This document shows positions 18,687 through 29,270 of a stretch of DNA of 64,000 nucleotides, one piece after another; positions within the stretch are counted from its first letter, which is position 1; each line of letters opens with the position of its first letter. The notes beneath the pieces are model-generated. The model saw nothing but the letters and a program-made list of their open reading frames with translations. It had not been told where the DNA came from and made no database searches. The position numbers and the translations under genes are program-made. Source of the DNA: a virus; IMG/VR virus record IMGVR_UViG_3300013104_000002, positions 32,001-96,000 of that record, one strand, 5' to 3'.

Positions 18687-19610
18687 TTAGTCTGTAATTG
18701 TTTCGTTGTGTGTGGTATTTTTAAGTATTAGGTTATATCGGCTATCAACAGCTCCTGATAGATTTATTAAAAACCATTCTCCTTTCATTCTTTCTAACAC
18801 TTTTTTTCCCCTAAACTTAACAGCATTTGTATTTATAGTTTTAAAAATATTGTTCTCATCTGTGGTGAACATTGGAATGTTGTTTTGTGAATTTATTATC
18901 CTATTGAAAAAGTAGTTTATTGATTGCTTTCCACTATCACTTGTGAAAAGTATTTCTTGGACATTACCATTAGTTTGAGGGTATTTTCTATTATCAGATA
19001 ATGTAAGTTGTGGATTTAATCCTAATAAACCAGAATTATTGGTTTGATTAAATATGAATAAATTTTTAAAACTCTTATTCTTGTCTTGCGTCCAGTCCCA
19101 ATCATTTACATAATGTATAGCATCTATGTTTAAAGATATAGAATTTAATATTTTATCTACATTTTCATTTGCAATAGGTAGTTCTATTTGGGGTATGTGT
19201 TTATTTCCTTGAAATATGCAGAAACTACTTCTGTTTAATAAATGATTCCAGAGTGTTTCTTTATCTTCTCCAAAATTATAACCTATTTGAAAATATCCAT
19301 TATGAGATAAGCTATAATCAGGATAGAAAGTATAAAATGAATTCCACGTTCCTTCTACTACATTAAAAGATATAGTCCAACTCACTTCTTTAAAATAAGT
19401 ATCGTCATCGAAAAAAACCTGTTGTTTACTACTTTTTATAGTAGGAGCCACAGTTTCAGTACACGAGCATATTACGTTATTATCTTCAGTAATGATTGGT
19501 GTACAACCTGGAGGACAGGATACAGCTTCTATAATAGTAGTACAGGTGCAATATGTTACACCTGATACTATTTCTTGATTACACTCTATGCTGGGACAAG
19601 TACATGCCAT
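18687..19610 (-). CDS. C-terminal part of the split tail muzzle/stabilisation protein
   Basis: After a Cys-rich leader it contains SWTISF...WNSFYTFYP...LWNH and ERMKGEW, the blocks that normally follow the KKDY block in crAss-like muzzle proteins. Confidence 0.7.
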   Translation of the reverse strand: MACTCPSIECNQEIVSGVTYCTCTTIIEAVSCPPGCTPIITEDNNVICSCTETVAPTIKSSKQQVFFDDDTYFKEVSWTISFNVVEGTWNSFYTFYPDYSLSHNGYFQIGYNFGEDKETLWNHLLNRSSFCIFQGNKHIPQIELPIANENVDKILNSISLNIDAIHYVNDWDWTQDKNKSFKNLFIFNQTNNSGLLGLNPQLTLSDNRKYPQTNGNVQEILFTSDSGKQSINYFFNRIINSQNNIPMFTTDENNIFKTINTNAVKFRGKKVLERMKGEWFLINLSGAVDSRYNLILKNTTHNETITD

Positions 19611-19619
19611 AATTTTTTA

Positions 19620-19651
19620 CAAATATAAGTTATTTATTTTTATTGTGCAAA
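19620..19651 (-). promoter_or_regulatory. Bacteroidota-type promoter
   Basis: TTTG-N20-TATATTTG filling the 41-bp gap between the two muzzle parts. Confidence 0.85.
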
Positions 19652-22600
19652 TTAATTAGTTAAAACCGTTACACCTTTTGATATTAATGTGCTAACTGCT
19701 GAATTTGAAGCCGATGTTCTTGGAGAATTACCTCCTGTCAAGTCTACTTTTCCGCTAGATGCCCATGTAGGAACAGAAAGATTAATTAATAGGTTATCTA
19801 CTTCTGTTGAACTTAGTGCACTGGTTGCAGATTTTATAGTTACTTCTTTCATATTATTTACCCAAGTTCTACCTGATGTATAATCTGCAATTGTGTTTGT
19901 TCCTTGTATACTAAATATCCTTACATTTGGGGGTATTAAAGCTACATTTCCAGTTAGTGAATTTTCATCTAAGTCTATAACAGTCATTGTTGAAGGAAAT
20001 CCTGAAATATCCCCCGTAATATTATTTCTAGTAGCTATTAATATACCTAGACTAGTTAGTTTTGCTAACTCACTTACTTTTATCTCAACCTTTCCGTTAT
20101 TCAGAGTATCTTGTCCAATATTCATAGATCCTATAGAATTAGCATATACTGTAGTTATGATTTCTCCCGTATAAGACGTAGTGTAATTATGACTGAGCGT
20201 ATTTAATCCCGCTGGATAAGTGATTATAGTACCATCTCCCCAATTTACTTGAAACGTTGTTGAACTATTTACACTATACAAAGAGAAATTATCCAAATCT
20301 GTTGCATATAATTTAAATTCTATAGGTAGGGAAGGGTTAACTGTTACTATTACTTCTTCTGGCTCAGGAGTACAATCCTCAAAATGTGGGGTGATTGTAT
20401 ATATCACTGTTCCTACTATTGACCCGCTGTTTGTTAAAGTTTGAGCTATAGAACTTCCCGAACCACTTCCAGCACCACTAACTCCACTAGAAACTGCTGT
20501 CCAAGTAAATGTGGCTCCTAAAGTCGAACTTGTTAGAGAAATACTTGTGGTATCTCCACTAGCTATGTTTTGTACAGAAGGAGTAGGAATTACATCAACT
20601 GTGCATGAACAGTCTGCTGGTTCAGTAGTTATTAAAGTACAGGTTTGATTAACTTCATCGTAAACATAGTTTGGAGGACATAATGGTGCAGATGTAGTTT
20701 GTCGCTCACAAAGTTCAGTTAATGAATTATAAGTAAATCCTGGTGGACAAGTTGTTGTATCTTCTCCACAAGTATAATATATTCCTGTTTCTTCATCATA
20801 ATCCAGACATTCTTCGTCCTTCACAATATAATCTTTTTTGGTAATAAAAAGTCTTTCCCCTCTGTCATCATACCACATATTGTATCCAATACCTTTATAC
20901 TTATTATCAGTATTCAAATTTGGGAATTGTTTTAGTATTTTTAAAGGAAGTTGCTCTTTAAACCATTGTTTCATGTTAGTTGGTTGACCCCCTGACTGTT
21001 CTGAAATAATCTCTACTCCCTGACCATTTGATTCTAGTTTAAATATTCTTCCTCGTTTTGCATCCACCCAAAAATGTCCATATGGTGTACTTACAATATC
21101 TGTATGTTGAGTTCCCATGAATCCTAAATCAGTTGACTTAAATTCAATAGGTCTTTGGTAAAACATTCCTGAAATCCCTGTTTCTCTGTTTTGAGGTGTT
21201 AGTTTCTCAGAAAAAACATCTATAGCATTATGTAAAAGTAATCTGTTTTCAAATCTTGCTATAAACTGATTACTTTCAATGTTATGCATGTCAATAAGCT
21301 TACCATTATTTGTCTTGAATTCATACCAATTTAAAGGTTTATATACTAACCACGGATTAGTTAAATCATTTTCATTTACTTCTTTTTCAGACCAGGTTAC
21401 AGCGTTATTTTGTAAATTTCTTTTTCTCCATATCTCTTTACTGTAAGTTTTATCAAAAAATTTATATGGTGAATTTGAAACACCTAAACTATATGAATTA
21501 TTATAGTGAAAAGTATTTGGTTCTGACATAGGCAGGTTAGCTTCCTGTAACCATGTACTTAGATTTCTATGTTGTGGATAAAACCATTCCTTAGGTTCAT
21601 TTTTGGCATATCGGAAATTACAATTAATTTCTGACTCAACCAAAAAATCTACTATTCCGTGTACAAATAAATAAAATTTACTAGGCGGTTTATAATAAAA
21701 ATCCTTTCTGCCTGTCTCGCAATCAAAAGCTGTTTCTGATTTTATGTCTGGGAAAGGTATTCCTGTATTGGTATATATCCCTCCTACTTCATAATCACAA
21801 TAAAAACGTGGAAAAGCCATATTATCGTTTTCAGAGTACAAAAATGGTAATTTATCTGCTAATTTTACTGCATTACTTCTAAATATAGGGGCTTTCTTTC
21901 TCCAACTAAATCTTGATATTACCGAAGTTCCGCCTAATATAGGGCTACATTCTGTATTTTGATCTAAGTCAAATATATAATTAGTTGTAAGCCATTTTAT
22001 AGAGTCTATTTTACCCCATTGATCTGGAATATAATTTTTTAAAGTAAAATAAGGAGACGCTACGTTTCTGTCTGCTTCTACTCCTAATTTACAGTTTGTC
22101 TCGGATGAAATAAAATTACTGCCTTTATTAGACTTATTATTATTGTCGTATGCAGTGTATTGAGAATAAGAGGAATAGTCAAATGGAAAGCTTTCACCAG
22201 TAGATAAGAAAACCGAGTGCTCTCTTAACCAGTTATTAATTTTTACCATTTCTCCTGTATTTTCATCAGTAAATGTATAATCTCCTTCTCTTAAATGTTT
22301 TTTTATGGCAAGTTTTCTAAGATACTCTGAAGAATATTGGTCGGCTTTTAAGAATTTATTATATTTTGCAACTCCTGTTTGCATATTAGCATAGTTATCC
22401 ACTCTGCCTAAGTCTCTGAAAATAGTTAACCAGTCATATCTGTATTTACCGATTCTTACATAAGCTGCTGCAATCATTCCTGCTGCTGCAATTCCTGCTC
22501 CTACTGCTCCTAAACTAAATACAAAACCTCCTTGTTGTAGGGCTATTAGCTCTCCAGTTTTTATAAGTACTTCCATTACAGCCTCTGCTATAGCTAAAGT

Positions 22601-25600
22601 AGTGGCAGTGCTTCTTGATTTGTCTCCTAAAACTGTCCATTGTGAATGCTCGTCTACTTTCGAAAAGCTACTCGTGCTGTTACCAAAAACAAATCCTTGT
22701 AAACTTACTTCTGTTGGTAAAGAAGGTCTGGTTAAAAAAATATCAGGACTTAAGAAAGAATACATGTGGTTTCTTTCTGAATTATATGGATGATTTATAA
22801 TATTTCCTTTTGGTTTTTCAAGCAAATATTTATTCTTACCTAAATCATTAAAAGGAAAATTACTAAAATTTATAGTTTCTCCTTCTTTCTCATAATTATA
22901 AAAATCAAAACCAATTCCATTTGCTATTACAGATTTGGATACTGAATTATCACCTCTTAATATTTCATATCCCTGAATATTATCTCTTTGTTTAGCTGTG
23001 ATTAACCCATTTGAATATGCAATATTTATAACAGTTTTTATTACATTGCTGTCTATTTGAACTCCTAATGGAAATATGATACTATCTGCATTTTGTCTAA
23101 AACTTAGGGAATCTATTATATAAGGGGCAACAGTGTTATCAGGCATTTTAGGGTGTCTGATAGGCTGGCATCTAAAGTCTGCATTTTTTAGTATGTAGTT
23201 TCCATTACTGTCTAATCCAGAAGTGTAGTAATTTAAAAATTCTTCCCTGTCTTTTTCGGATAATAGGTTTAAATCAGAACCATTTATTTTTATTTCTGAA
23301 CTATCCCACAATTCTTTATTGTCGTCATAAATTTCTGTAGACTCCCAATAGGCAGTTACTCCCTTTCTATAAGGTAGTGGATCGCAATCATTTACTTTAG
23401 GTATTTTGTACCTACATTGTGTAGAGTAGTCTTGTATCTTGTCTATTACAATACTATCCCAACTTACCGTTGCTGCCTCATATTCTGTTTCTCTAATGTA
23501 AACAGAAAAACACCCACAAGGAGGTATAACTTTGTATACAATCTTTGGATCACCTGGAAAAATATCACTGCAATCTGTATATATAGTCTCACTCATTATA
23601 GGTGAGTCAATTGCAATGTAAAAAGTAGGAGGTAAAAGAGCTAGTTGAGTTTCATTAAAAAATCTTAGCTCTCCATTATCCAAATCTACTATTTCTCCTC
23701 CTAAAACTGTTTTATTAGTGCAGTTATCATAAATAGTGTACCTTACTGTAGAAACACTTGGTAGATCGTCTCTATCATTACTTGAAGGGCATTTCGATCT
23801 TCTGGTTATTTCAAAAACCAAGCTTGATCTCTCGTTCTTATTTATCTTGAAAAATTGAGCTTTTTTGTGAAGTTTAGATTTAAAAACACTATTAGTTACT
23901 GCTACATTATAAGATGGTTGTAATAAATCAGCTTCTAAATCAGCTCCAGCGTAATTTAGAAATACACCTATTCCCGACTGAGATGGGTCAGATTGTACTA
24001 ACAAACTTTCGGCATATCCGCAAATTTCGTTACTAAAATTACTGTCTCTTACATAGGCTTCTCTTAAATCTCCACCTACCTTACATCCCATAAAGTTTTC
24101 CTCAAACTCAGTATCCCTTTCATAACCTGATCCGTCTACGTCTCTTTTATAAGGGCTACAGAAAGATGGAGGAACAGATCTTAAATAATCTTCCTCTTCT
24201 TTAGGATCAAGTACTGTTACCTCATTTACTACGCTTGAAATAATATTTGTTTGATTATCTAGATTTGCAGGTAAATCACAATCTCCTATAAAAGCAGGTG
24301 AACAATTTCCTGGATAAGCGTTATTTAAAGCATCTGTAATTATAGATATATTAGGATCATCTGGATGAGTCTCCACATACGTTTTTAAATCTTCATAGTT
24401 TTGATCTATTTCTATAGTTACTGATCCAGTATTTATAGTATATACATTTTCTAAAGTGCATGAATTTGTTGCAGGTTCCTCTATTTCTGTAGCTCCTTCC
24501 TCTATGTCTATACATGTTTCATTATAAGCATACGCTGTATTATATACCTGCCATTTTTTATTTCTGTCTGTAGATACACACTGAGAGCTGTTGTTTAAAA
24601 TACTATTTAAATTATTATCCTCTTCCAGAATATCATTTTCGCCTGGTAGTGCAGGTCTAGCAATTAACGGAATTGCTGTGGAATACCCTCCATTTTTGTA
24701 TAAAAGTCGCGCACTGAATGGTTGAACTTCATCTCTTGTAAAGCCTTTATATTTAGAATTTGCAATTGCACTTTTATATAGATTCTCCGAAGCTGCCGAT
24801 GTAGTCCAATGCAATAATCCTCCAAACAAGTTCATAACAGGTTGGACATTCAATTCTTCTTCTTGTACTAATCCTCCATGCCAAAGTACATCTCCACTTA
24901 CCATAGTGAATTTTGCTTTCTCCCAGTTAGGTTTAATTGCATTCAATGTATTAAAATCCATTCTCTTTTTAAGAGATACGTTTCCTCTGGCAATATACAA
25001 ATCATCATTACTGCTTCCGCTATGTGTATATATAACTGTATCGTCTGTTGTAGGGTAAATTCCTGCTAAAAACACTGATTGGGTGTTAACTACATTATTT
25101 CTTTCTACAACGGCTATTTTATAATATTTAAAATGCTTTACATCTAAATTCTCTACTTTTATTTTTATAGCAAAATTTGTAAATTCGTCTGTTTCTGTTT
25201 GAGATTGGATATTGTTATTTTCATCGAATATAGCGATAGGGTTAGTTGGGGAAGAATATTGAGTCATCTCATTTCCCATTAAATCGCAATAAGCCGCCCA
25301 AAACTCATAAGTTCCTTTTTTCAAATTACCACCTAATTGTTGTTCGGCAGGATTTAAAATTATTCTATTATGTTTAGGAAACATTAAAAGCTTATCTACA
25401 TCTATGCAGTTACTATAGGTAGAATCTTCACACGGCAATTCTAGCTCAAATAAATAATTTTGTGCACCTTTTTCAAGTAAATTAGTTACATTTAAAAATC
25501 TAGGTGGATTTCTATAATCATTCCAGTATAAAGTTGTCCCTAATTTCTCTTGATTGATTTCTATCTTTTTTGCTGGAAAATTAATATCAAAATTAAGTCC

Positions 25601-26083
25601 TGCATAAATATCTAAACATCTGTCATTAACTAGTTCTATATATTGTAAAGAAGGAACTTGTGTTACTGTTTCTAAAGGAGTTACAATAGGATTAAAAGCT
25701 TTTATACCACAACTATCACAATCTTCATTAAAATTAGTAGTTTCCTCGTTTTTGTAATTTATATTATTTATATCATTATTATCTACATACCCAATACTTG
25801 AACGTTTGTAATGAACACTATTAGTATCTTCTATAATACTAGTTAGAAAGTAATACGTATAATTTGAAAGTAAGTCTGTTTTTTTTCCAATGACTTTATA
25901 ATTTTCTGGGAATTTAACTCCATAATAATTAGAAGGTTCCAATTGGCTAATCTGGGTATCGCCTCCTTCATTACTAGATGTCATATTTACAGAAACTGTA
26001 TATTGTATATTCTTTAAATCCGCTCCATTTTTATCGCGTGACATTCCTAGTCGAGGGGATGAAATACTTTTATTATGTTTCAT
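19652..26083 (-). CDS. Tail muzzle/stabilisation protein (N-terminal part) with C-terminal PKD/Ig-like and LRR-like domains
   Basis: 2143 aa. GMSRD N-terminus, LYWND...PRFLN, YKGFTRDEV, IRHPKMPD and GHFWVDAKRG...KKDY blocks typical of the crAss stabilisation protein; LRR-like ITGDISGFP/LTGNVALIP repeats at the end. Confidence 0.85.
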   Translation of the reverse strand: MKHNKSISSPRLGMSRDKNGADLKNIQYTVSVNMTSSNEGGDTQISQLEPSNYYGVKFPENYKVIGKKTDLLSNYTYYFLTSIIEDTNSVHYKRSSIGYVDNNDINNINYKNEETTNFNEDCDSCGIKAFNPIVTPLETVTQVPSLQYIELVNDRCLDIYAGLNFDINFPAKKIEINQEKLGTTLYWNDYRNPPRFLNVTNLLEKGAQNYLFELELPCEDSTYSNCIDVDKLLMFPKHNRIILNPAEQQLGGNLKKGTYEFWAAYCDLMGNEMTQYSSPTNPIAIFDENNNIQSQTETDEFTNFAIKIKVENLDVKHFKYYKIAVVERNNVVNTQSVFLAGIYPTTDDTVIYTHSGSSNDDLYIARGNVSLKKRMDFNTLNAIKPNWEKAKFTMVSGDVLWHGGLVQEEELNVQPVMNLFGGLLHWTTSAASENLYKSAIANSKYKGFTRDEVQPFSARLLYKNGGYSTAIPLIARPALPGENDILEEDNNLNSILNNSSQCVSTDRNKKWQVYNTAYAYNETCIDIEEGATEIEEPATNSCTLENVYTINTGSVTIEIDQNYEDLKTYVETHPDDPNISIITDALNNAYPGNCSPAFIGDCDLPANLDNQTNIISSVVNEVTVLDPKEEEDYLRSVPPSFCSPYKRDVDGSGYERDTEFEENFMGCKVGGDLREAYVRDSNFSNEICGYAESLLVQSDPSQSGIGVFLNYAGADLEADLLQPSYNVAVTNSVFKSKLHKKAQFFKINKNERSSLVFEITRRSKCPSSNDRDDLPSVSTVRYTIYDNCTNKTVLGGEIVDLDNGELRFFNETQLALLPPTFYIAIDSPIMSETIYTDCSDIFPGDPKIVYKVIPPCGCFSVYIRETEYEAATVSWDSIVIDKIQDYSTQCRYKIPKVNDCDPLPYRKGVTAYWESTEIYDDNKELWDSSEIKINGSDLNLLSEKDREEFLNYYTSGLDSNGNYILKNADFRCQPIRHPKMPDNTVAPYIIDSLSFRQNADSIIFPLGVQIDSNVIKTVINIAYSNGLITAKQRDNIQGYEILRGDNSVSKSVIANGIGFDFYNYEKEGETINFSNFPFNDLGKNKYLLEKPKGNIINHPYNSERNHMYSFLSPDIFLTRPSLPTEVSLQGFVFGNSTSSFSKVDEHSQWTVLGDKSRSTATTLAIAEAVMEVLIKTGELIALQQGGFVFSLGAVGAGIAAAGMIAAAYVRIGKYRYDWLTIFRDLGRVDNYANMQTGVAKYNKFLKADQYSSEYLRKLAIKKHLREGDYTFTDENTGEMVKINNWLREHSVFLSTGESFPFDYSSYSQYTAYDNNNKSNKGSNFISSETNCKLGVEADRNVASPYFTLKNYIPDQWGKIDSIKWLTTNYIFDLDQNTECSPILGGTSVISRFSWRKKAPIFRSNAVKLADKLPFLYSENDNMAFPRFYCDYEVGGIYTNTGIPFPDIKSETAFDCETGRKDFYYKPPSKFYLFVHGIVDFLVESEINCNFRYAKNEPKEWFYPQHRNLSTWLQEANLPMSEPNTFHYNNSYSLGVSNSPYKFFDKTYSKEIWRKRNLQNNAVTWSEKEVNENDLTNPWLVYKPLNWYEFKTNNGKLIDMHNIESNQFIARFENRLLLHNAIDVFSEKLTPQNRETGISGMFYQRPIEFKSTDLGFMGTQHTDIVSTPYGHFWVDAKRGRIFKLESNGQGVEIISEQSGGQPTNMKQWFKEQLPLKILKQFPNLNTDNKYKGIGYNMWYDDRGERLFITKKDYIVKDEECLDYDEETGIYYTCGEDTTTCPPGFTYNSLTELCERQTTSAPLCPPNYVYDEVNQTCTLITTEPADCSCTVDVIPTPSVQNIASGDTTSISLTSSTLGATFTWTAVSSGVSGAGSGSGSSIAQTLTNSGSIVGTVIYTITPHFEDCTPEPEEVIVTVNPSLPIEFKLYATDLDNFSLYSVNSSTTFQVNWGDGTIITYPAGLNTLSHNYTTSYTGEIITTVYANSIGSMNIGQDTLNNGKVEIKVSELAKLTSLGILIATRNNITGDISGFPSTMTVIDLDENSLTGNVALIPPNVRIFSIQGTNTIADYTSGRTWVNNMKEVTIKSATSALSSTEVDNLLINLSVPTWASSGKVDLTGGNSPRTSASNSAVSTLISKGVTVLTN

Positions 26084-26094
26084 TAATTTAGTTA

Positions 26095-26958
26095 TTATGA
26101 AGGTAAATTATAGCGATTCTGGTTTTGTCTGTTTTTTTTATAAATTTGCTTGGCAAACTTTTCTTGGTCTATACCTTTCCAGTTTGATTCGGACATGGCT
26201 TCCAGAAATAACCTTCTTTGATCTTGTTTCCAAATACCTACCCATCTCATTAGAGATTGTGCGTTCTTTTCATTTATATCCAAAGTTTCTGCCAATTCTA
26301 ATTTTACTGCATTTTTTATATGTTTTAGAATATCTCCCGTACTAAAAACAGGGATTGCTATCTCTTCCTCTACAGTAGGTAAACTGTTATATTGTAAATA
26401 TATTTTTCCATCCTTAAAATTGGCTGTTAATGTACGACCTGTGATGCTGATTTTATCTGGGTAATTATTTCTTATTGCGGGATTCATATTTAAACAGTCA
26501 ACTGCTATTGTATCTTTATTCATTCCCTCTACTAAAGACAACCATTGATAATTATACCATTTATCTTCGTATTCATAATTGGTATATATCTTTTCTGTAG
26601 TTATTTTTGATTGGCAGAAATCTACATAATAATCCATAGTAGCATTACTCCAATACGCTGGATTTTCTATTTTTTGTTTTTCTACTATCAATCTTTTCTC
26701 TGGTGTTTTTTTTATGCTTCCTTCATTAGTTAATTTTAATCCTAATATCATAGATCTAAATGTTTCTGGTAGTACTGCCTTTGAATTCTTTATTTCTACT
26801 ATTGTTTCATTTTTAGTACAAATGTTTTTACCAAACTTCCTCAATTCAGTTATGACCCAAGTTTTTATCGAATTTCTGTCTATATCTCCTGTAGCTGCAT
26901 AATTAGAGAAAGTAGTTTCAATCTCTGCAATAAATTCATCTAATGTAACTAACTCCAT
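26095..26958 (-). CDS. Tail ring/tubular (adaptor) protein
   Basis: 287 aa directly before the muzzle gene; TANFKDGKIYLQY motif; crAss synteny. Confidence 0.7.
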   Translation of the reverse strand: MELVTLDEFIAEIETTFSNYAATGDIDRNSIKTWVITELRKFGKNICTKNETIVEIKNSKAVLPETFRSMILGLKLTNEGSIKKTPEKRLIVEKQKIENPAYWSNATMDYYVDFCQSKITTEKIYTNYEYEDKWYNYQWLSLVEGMNKDTIAVDCLNMNPAIRNNYPDKISITGRTLTANFKDGKIYLQYNSLPTVEEEIAIPVFSTGDILKHIKNAVKLELAETLDINEKNAQSLMRWVGIWKQDQRRLFLEAMSESNWKGIDQEKFAKQIYKKNRQNQNRYNLPS

Positions 26959-27371
26959 TATTTTTTAAGTTTTAATTTTCTGTGTAATAGTATAGCCTCT
27001 GCTTTATCTTCAGGTTTTTCTGTTTCTGCCTTTGAATTTGGTGTGTTGGTGATTATATATTGGTTTCTTAAATAATCATCCTCAAGATAGAAATGAGTCT
27101 CTTTTCTATGCATTCTCTTATGAGTAAATAAGCTCATTTTTTTCATATATTGACCAAAAGGTCTTTTATACATAACTCCTAAGCCTTTTAAATGAACACC
27201 GTACTTGGTTTCTGAAAGCATTTTTCTAAATTCCTCTATCATGCCTCCAATAGCTTTTTCAAAATAGTTATATTGATCTATTTTTTTAGAGGGCTTACGT
27301 CTTATTTTCTTGTAGAAATTATAAAATTCTCTTCCCATTAAAGGATCGAGGTATTCAAGTTTCTTTGCCAT
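26958..27371 (-). CDS. HU/IHF-like DNA-binding protein
   Basis: Probable start at MAKKL (27371); basic; GVHLKGLG beta-arm motif; IHF-like gene between ring genes as in crAss-like phages. Confidence 0.65.
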   Translation of the reverse strand: MAKKLEYLDPLMGREFYNFYKKIRRKPSKKIDQYNYFEKAIGGMIEEFRKMLSETKYGVHLKGLGVMYKRPFGQYMKKMSLFTHKRMHRKETHFYLEDDYLRNQYIITNTPNSKAETEKPEDKAEAILLHRKLKLKK

Positions 27372-27373
27372 TT

Positions 27374-28471
27374 TTATATACCTATTGTGTAATTTGTAAA
27401 ACATTCTGTCTTTGATCCGTTAAAAGGTATTTCAGGTTGGTAATTTAGGTCTTTCAATTTTATTTTTTCTACCACTTCTAAATCCCATATAAATCCTGCA
27501 CTGCCTTTTACTTCGCTAATTACTTCATACTCATAGGGCATTTTATCAACATTATTATATCTGGTTTCAATAGTATTAACTGTTATTCCGATTTTATAAA
27601 ACTCTTCATTTTCATTGAAACACCTCAAGGTATAAAAAGTGCATGTCCTACCTTTGGCTTTTTCTATGTATTTTTCACGAGTCCAACATGATTCTTTTGT
27701 ACATTTTGAACATCCCTGTCCTTTAATGTGATTGTTTGGAGTTTGTCTAAATATCCCGTGGTGTTCACATAAAATATCTATTTTTTCTGTACCTTTGGTA
27801 TACTCTGATTGGTAGTATGAATATCTACCATTATGTACTAAATTGGCTTCGTGAATAAACTCTTCTTTTGTTTTTGTCTGTTTATCTGACATAGCTTCTT
27901 TTCCACATTTAGTACACCCATGTCCATTCAAATGCCCATTGGATTTTTGTAAAAACTCTCCATGATTATGGCAAAATATTTTAACTTTACTGTTACTACC
28001 TTTATATTCTACTTTTGAGTAATCGTATTTGTCGCCATGAATTTCTTTCGCTTTTTCTATGAATTGTTCTGTGGTTTTTATAAGTTTACTAGATCTAGAT
28101 TCATTGGCACATTTGGGACAAATTGAACCGTTTAAATGACTTTTGGGTATTTGTTTAAAATCTCCATGTTTTTGACAAGTTATTACTACTTTTTCTTTTG
28201 AGCTTTTATAAATAGTGTTTAAATAACTATATGTCTCATTATGTATCTCATTTGATCTTGCTATAAATTCTTCGGTTGTTAAACTATGTGCACATTTGCG
28301 ACACTTACTTCCACTTAAATGTTTATTAGGAGATTGCGTAAATGACCCATGTTTTTCGCAGAATATTACTACTTTAGTATGATTATTTGTGTAATTTACT
28401 TTATCGTAGTTATACCTATCACCGTGTGCTTTTTTAGCTTTCTCTATAAATTCCTTTGTCTTTTTATCCAT
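27374..28471 (-). mobile_element. Putative homing endonuclease: tandem Zn-ribbon (DUF723-like) repeats plus a C-terminal T5orf172/GIY-YIG-like nuclease
   Basis: Four repeats EFIxKAxxxHGxxYxY...KVxIxCxxHGxFxQxPxxHLxGxxCxKC; FYTLRC...FYKIGIT...TECF nuclease motif. Confidence 0.85.
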
Positions 28472-28472
28472 T

Positions 28473-29147
28473 TTAATTTCCCTCGATAGAATTTGGATTA
28501 TTATCCTCTCTAATTTGTCTAGTTATCCCTAATTTCTCTAGTGTCATAGTTTTTACTACTTCTAATAATTTGTCAGGACATACGAACTCTTTACTCCAAT
28601 TTGATCGACAAACATCTTTTTCTGAACAACTTGAACAATCCTCTGCATTAATATTATCTATTGTAAGAACTGTTAAGTCTACACTATATATTTCTTCATC
28701 TGGGATATACAGATGATTATCCGATCCTAAATATAAGTAAACTTCTCCTTTTAATCTATATTTTCTATTTTTATTTCGACGATATTGTGTTTCATCTATA
28801 AATGCAAATCTATAATTACCATCTAATGATACAATATCTTTTATACTACTACCTAGCCTAGAGAATAGTAATTTAGGAAGAGGTTTTTTAGACTTCATTA
28901 AAGTATTGCAAAGTCTGAATTCTATTGAAGGACAGTTTTTGGTGTTGATTTTTTCAAATTCAAAGCAAGGTATATTAGTATAAATATTAGTGTCAGACAA
29001 TAAACTCCTTTCTCCCCATTTTTGAGATATTAAAAAAGTTGCCGAATCTTCCAGTAGTTTTAGTATAAATCTTCTAGGAATCCTGCTATCCTTATTATTG
29101 GTTCGAAATAAGTTGGTAACCTCAGATACTATTGTGTTTTTATCCAT
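28473..29147 (-). CDS. Tail ring protein
   Basis: 224 aa with Cys-containing crAss ring-protein pattern (C...LMKSKKPLP...HLYI...C...EF.CP); synteny. Confidence 0.7.
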   Translation of the reverse strand: MDKNTIVSEVTNLFRTNNKDSRIPRRFILKLLEDSATFLISQKWGERSLLSDTNIYTNIPCFEFEKINTKNCPSIEFRLCNTLMKSKKPLPKLLFSRLGSSIKDIVSLDGNYRFAFIDETQYRRNKNRKYRLKGEVYLYLGSDNHLYIPDEEIYSVDLTVLTIDNINAEDCSSCSEKDVCRSNWSKEFVCPDKLLEVVKTMTLEKLGITRQIREDNNPNSIEGN

Positions 29148-29163
29148 TTTGTAGTAATTTAGG

Positions 29164-29195
29164 CAAAATTAATTATATAAAGTGTATTACACAAA
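29164..29195 (-). promoter_or_regulatory. Bacteroidota-type promoter
   Basis: TTTG-N20-TAATTTTG. Confidence 0.8.
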
Positions 29196-29215
29196 TCTTT
29201 GAAACTTGTTGTAAT

Positions 29216-29246
29216 AAAAAATGCGGACATCTATTACATCCGCATT
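29216..29246 (-). terminator. Rho-independent terminator
   Basis: AATGCGGA-loop-TCCGCATT followed by a T-tract on the minus strand. Confidence 0.8.
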
Positions 29247-29270
29247 AAAACAAAAGTTATTTATTATCTA

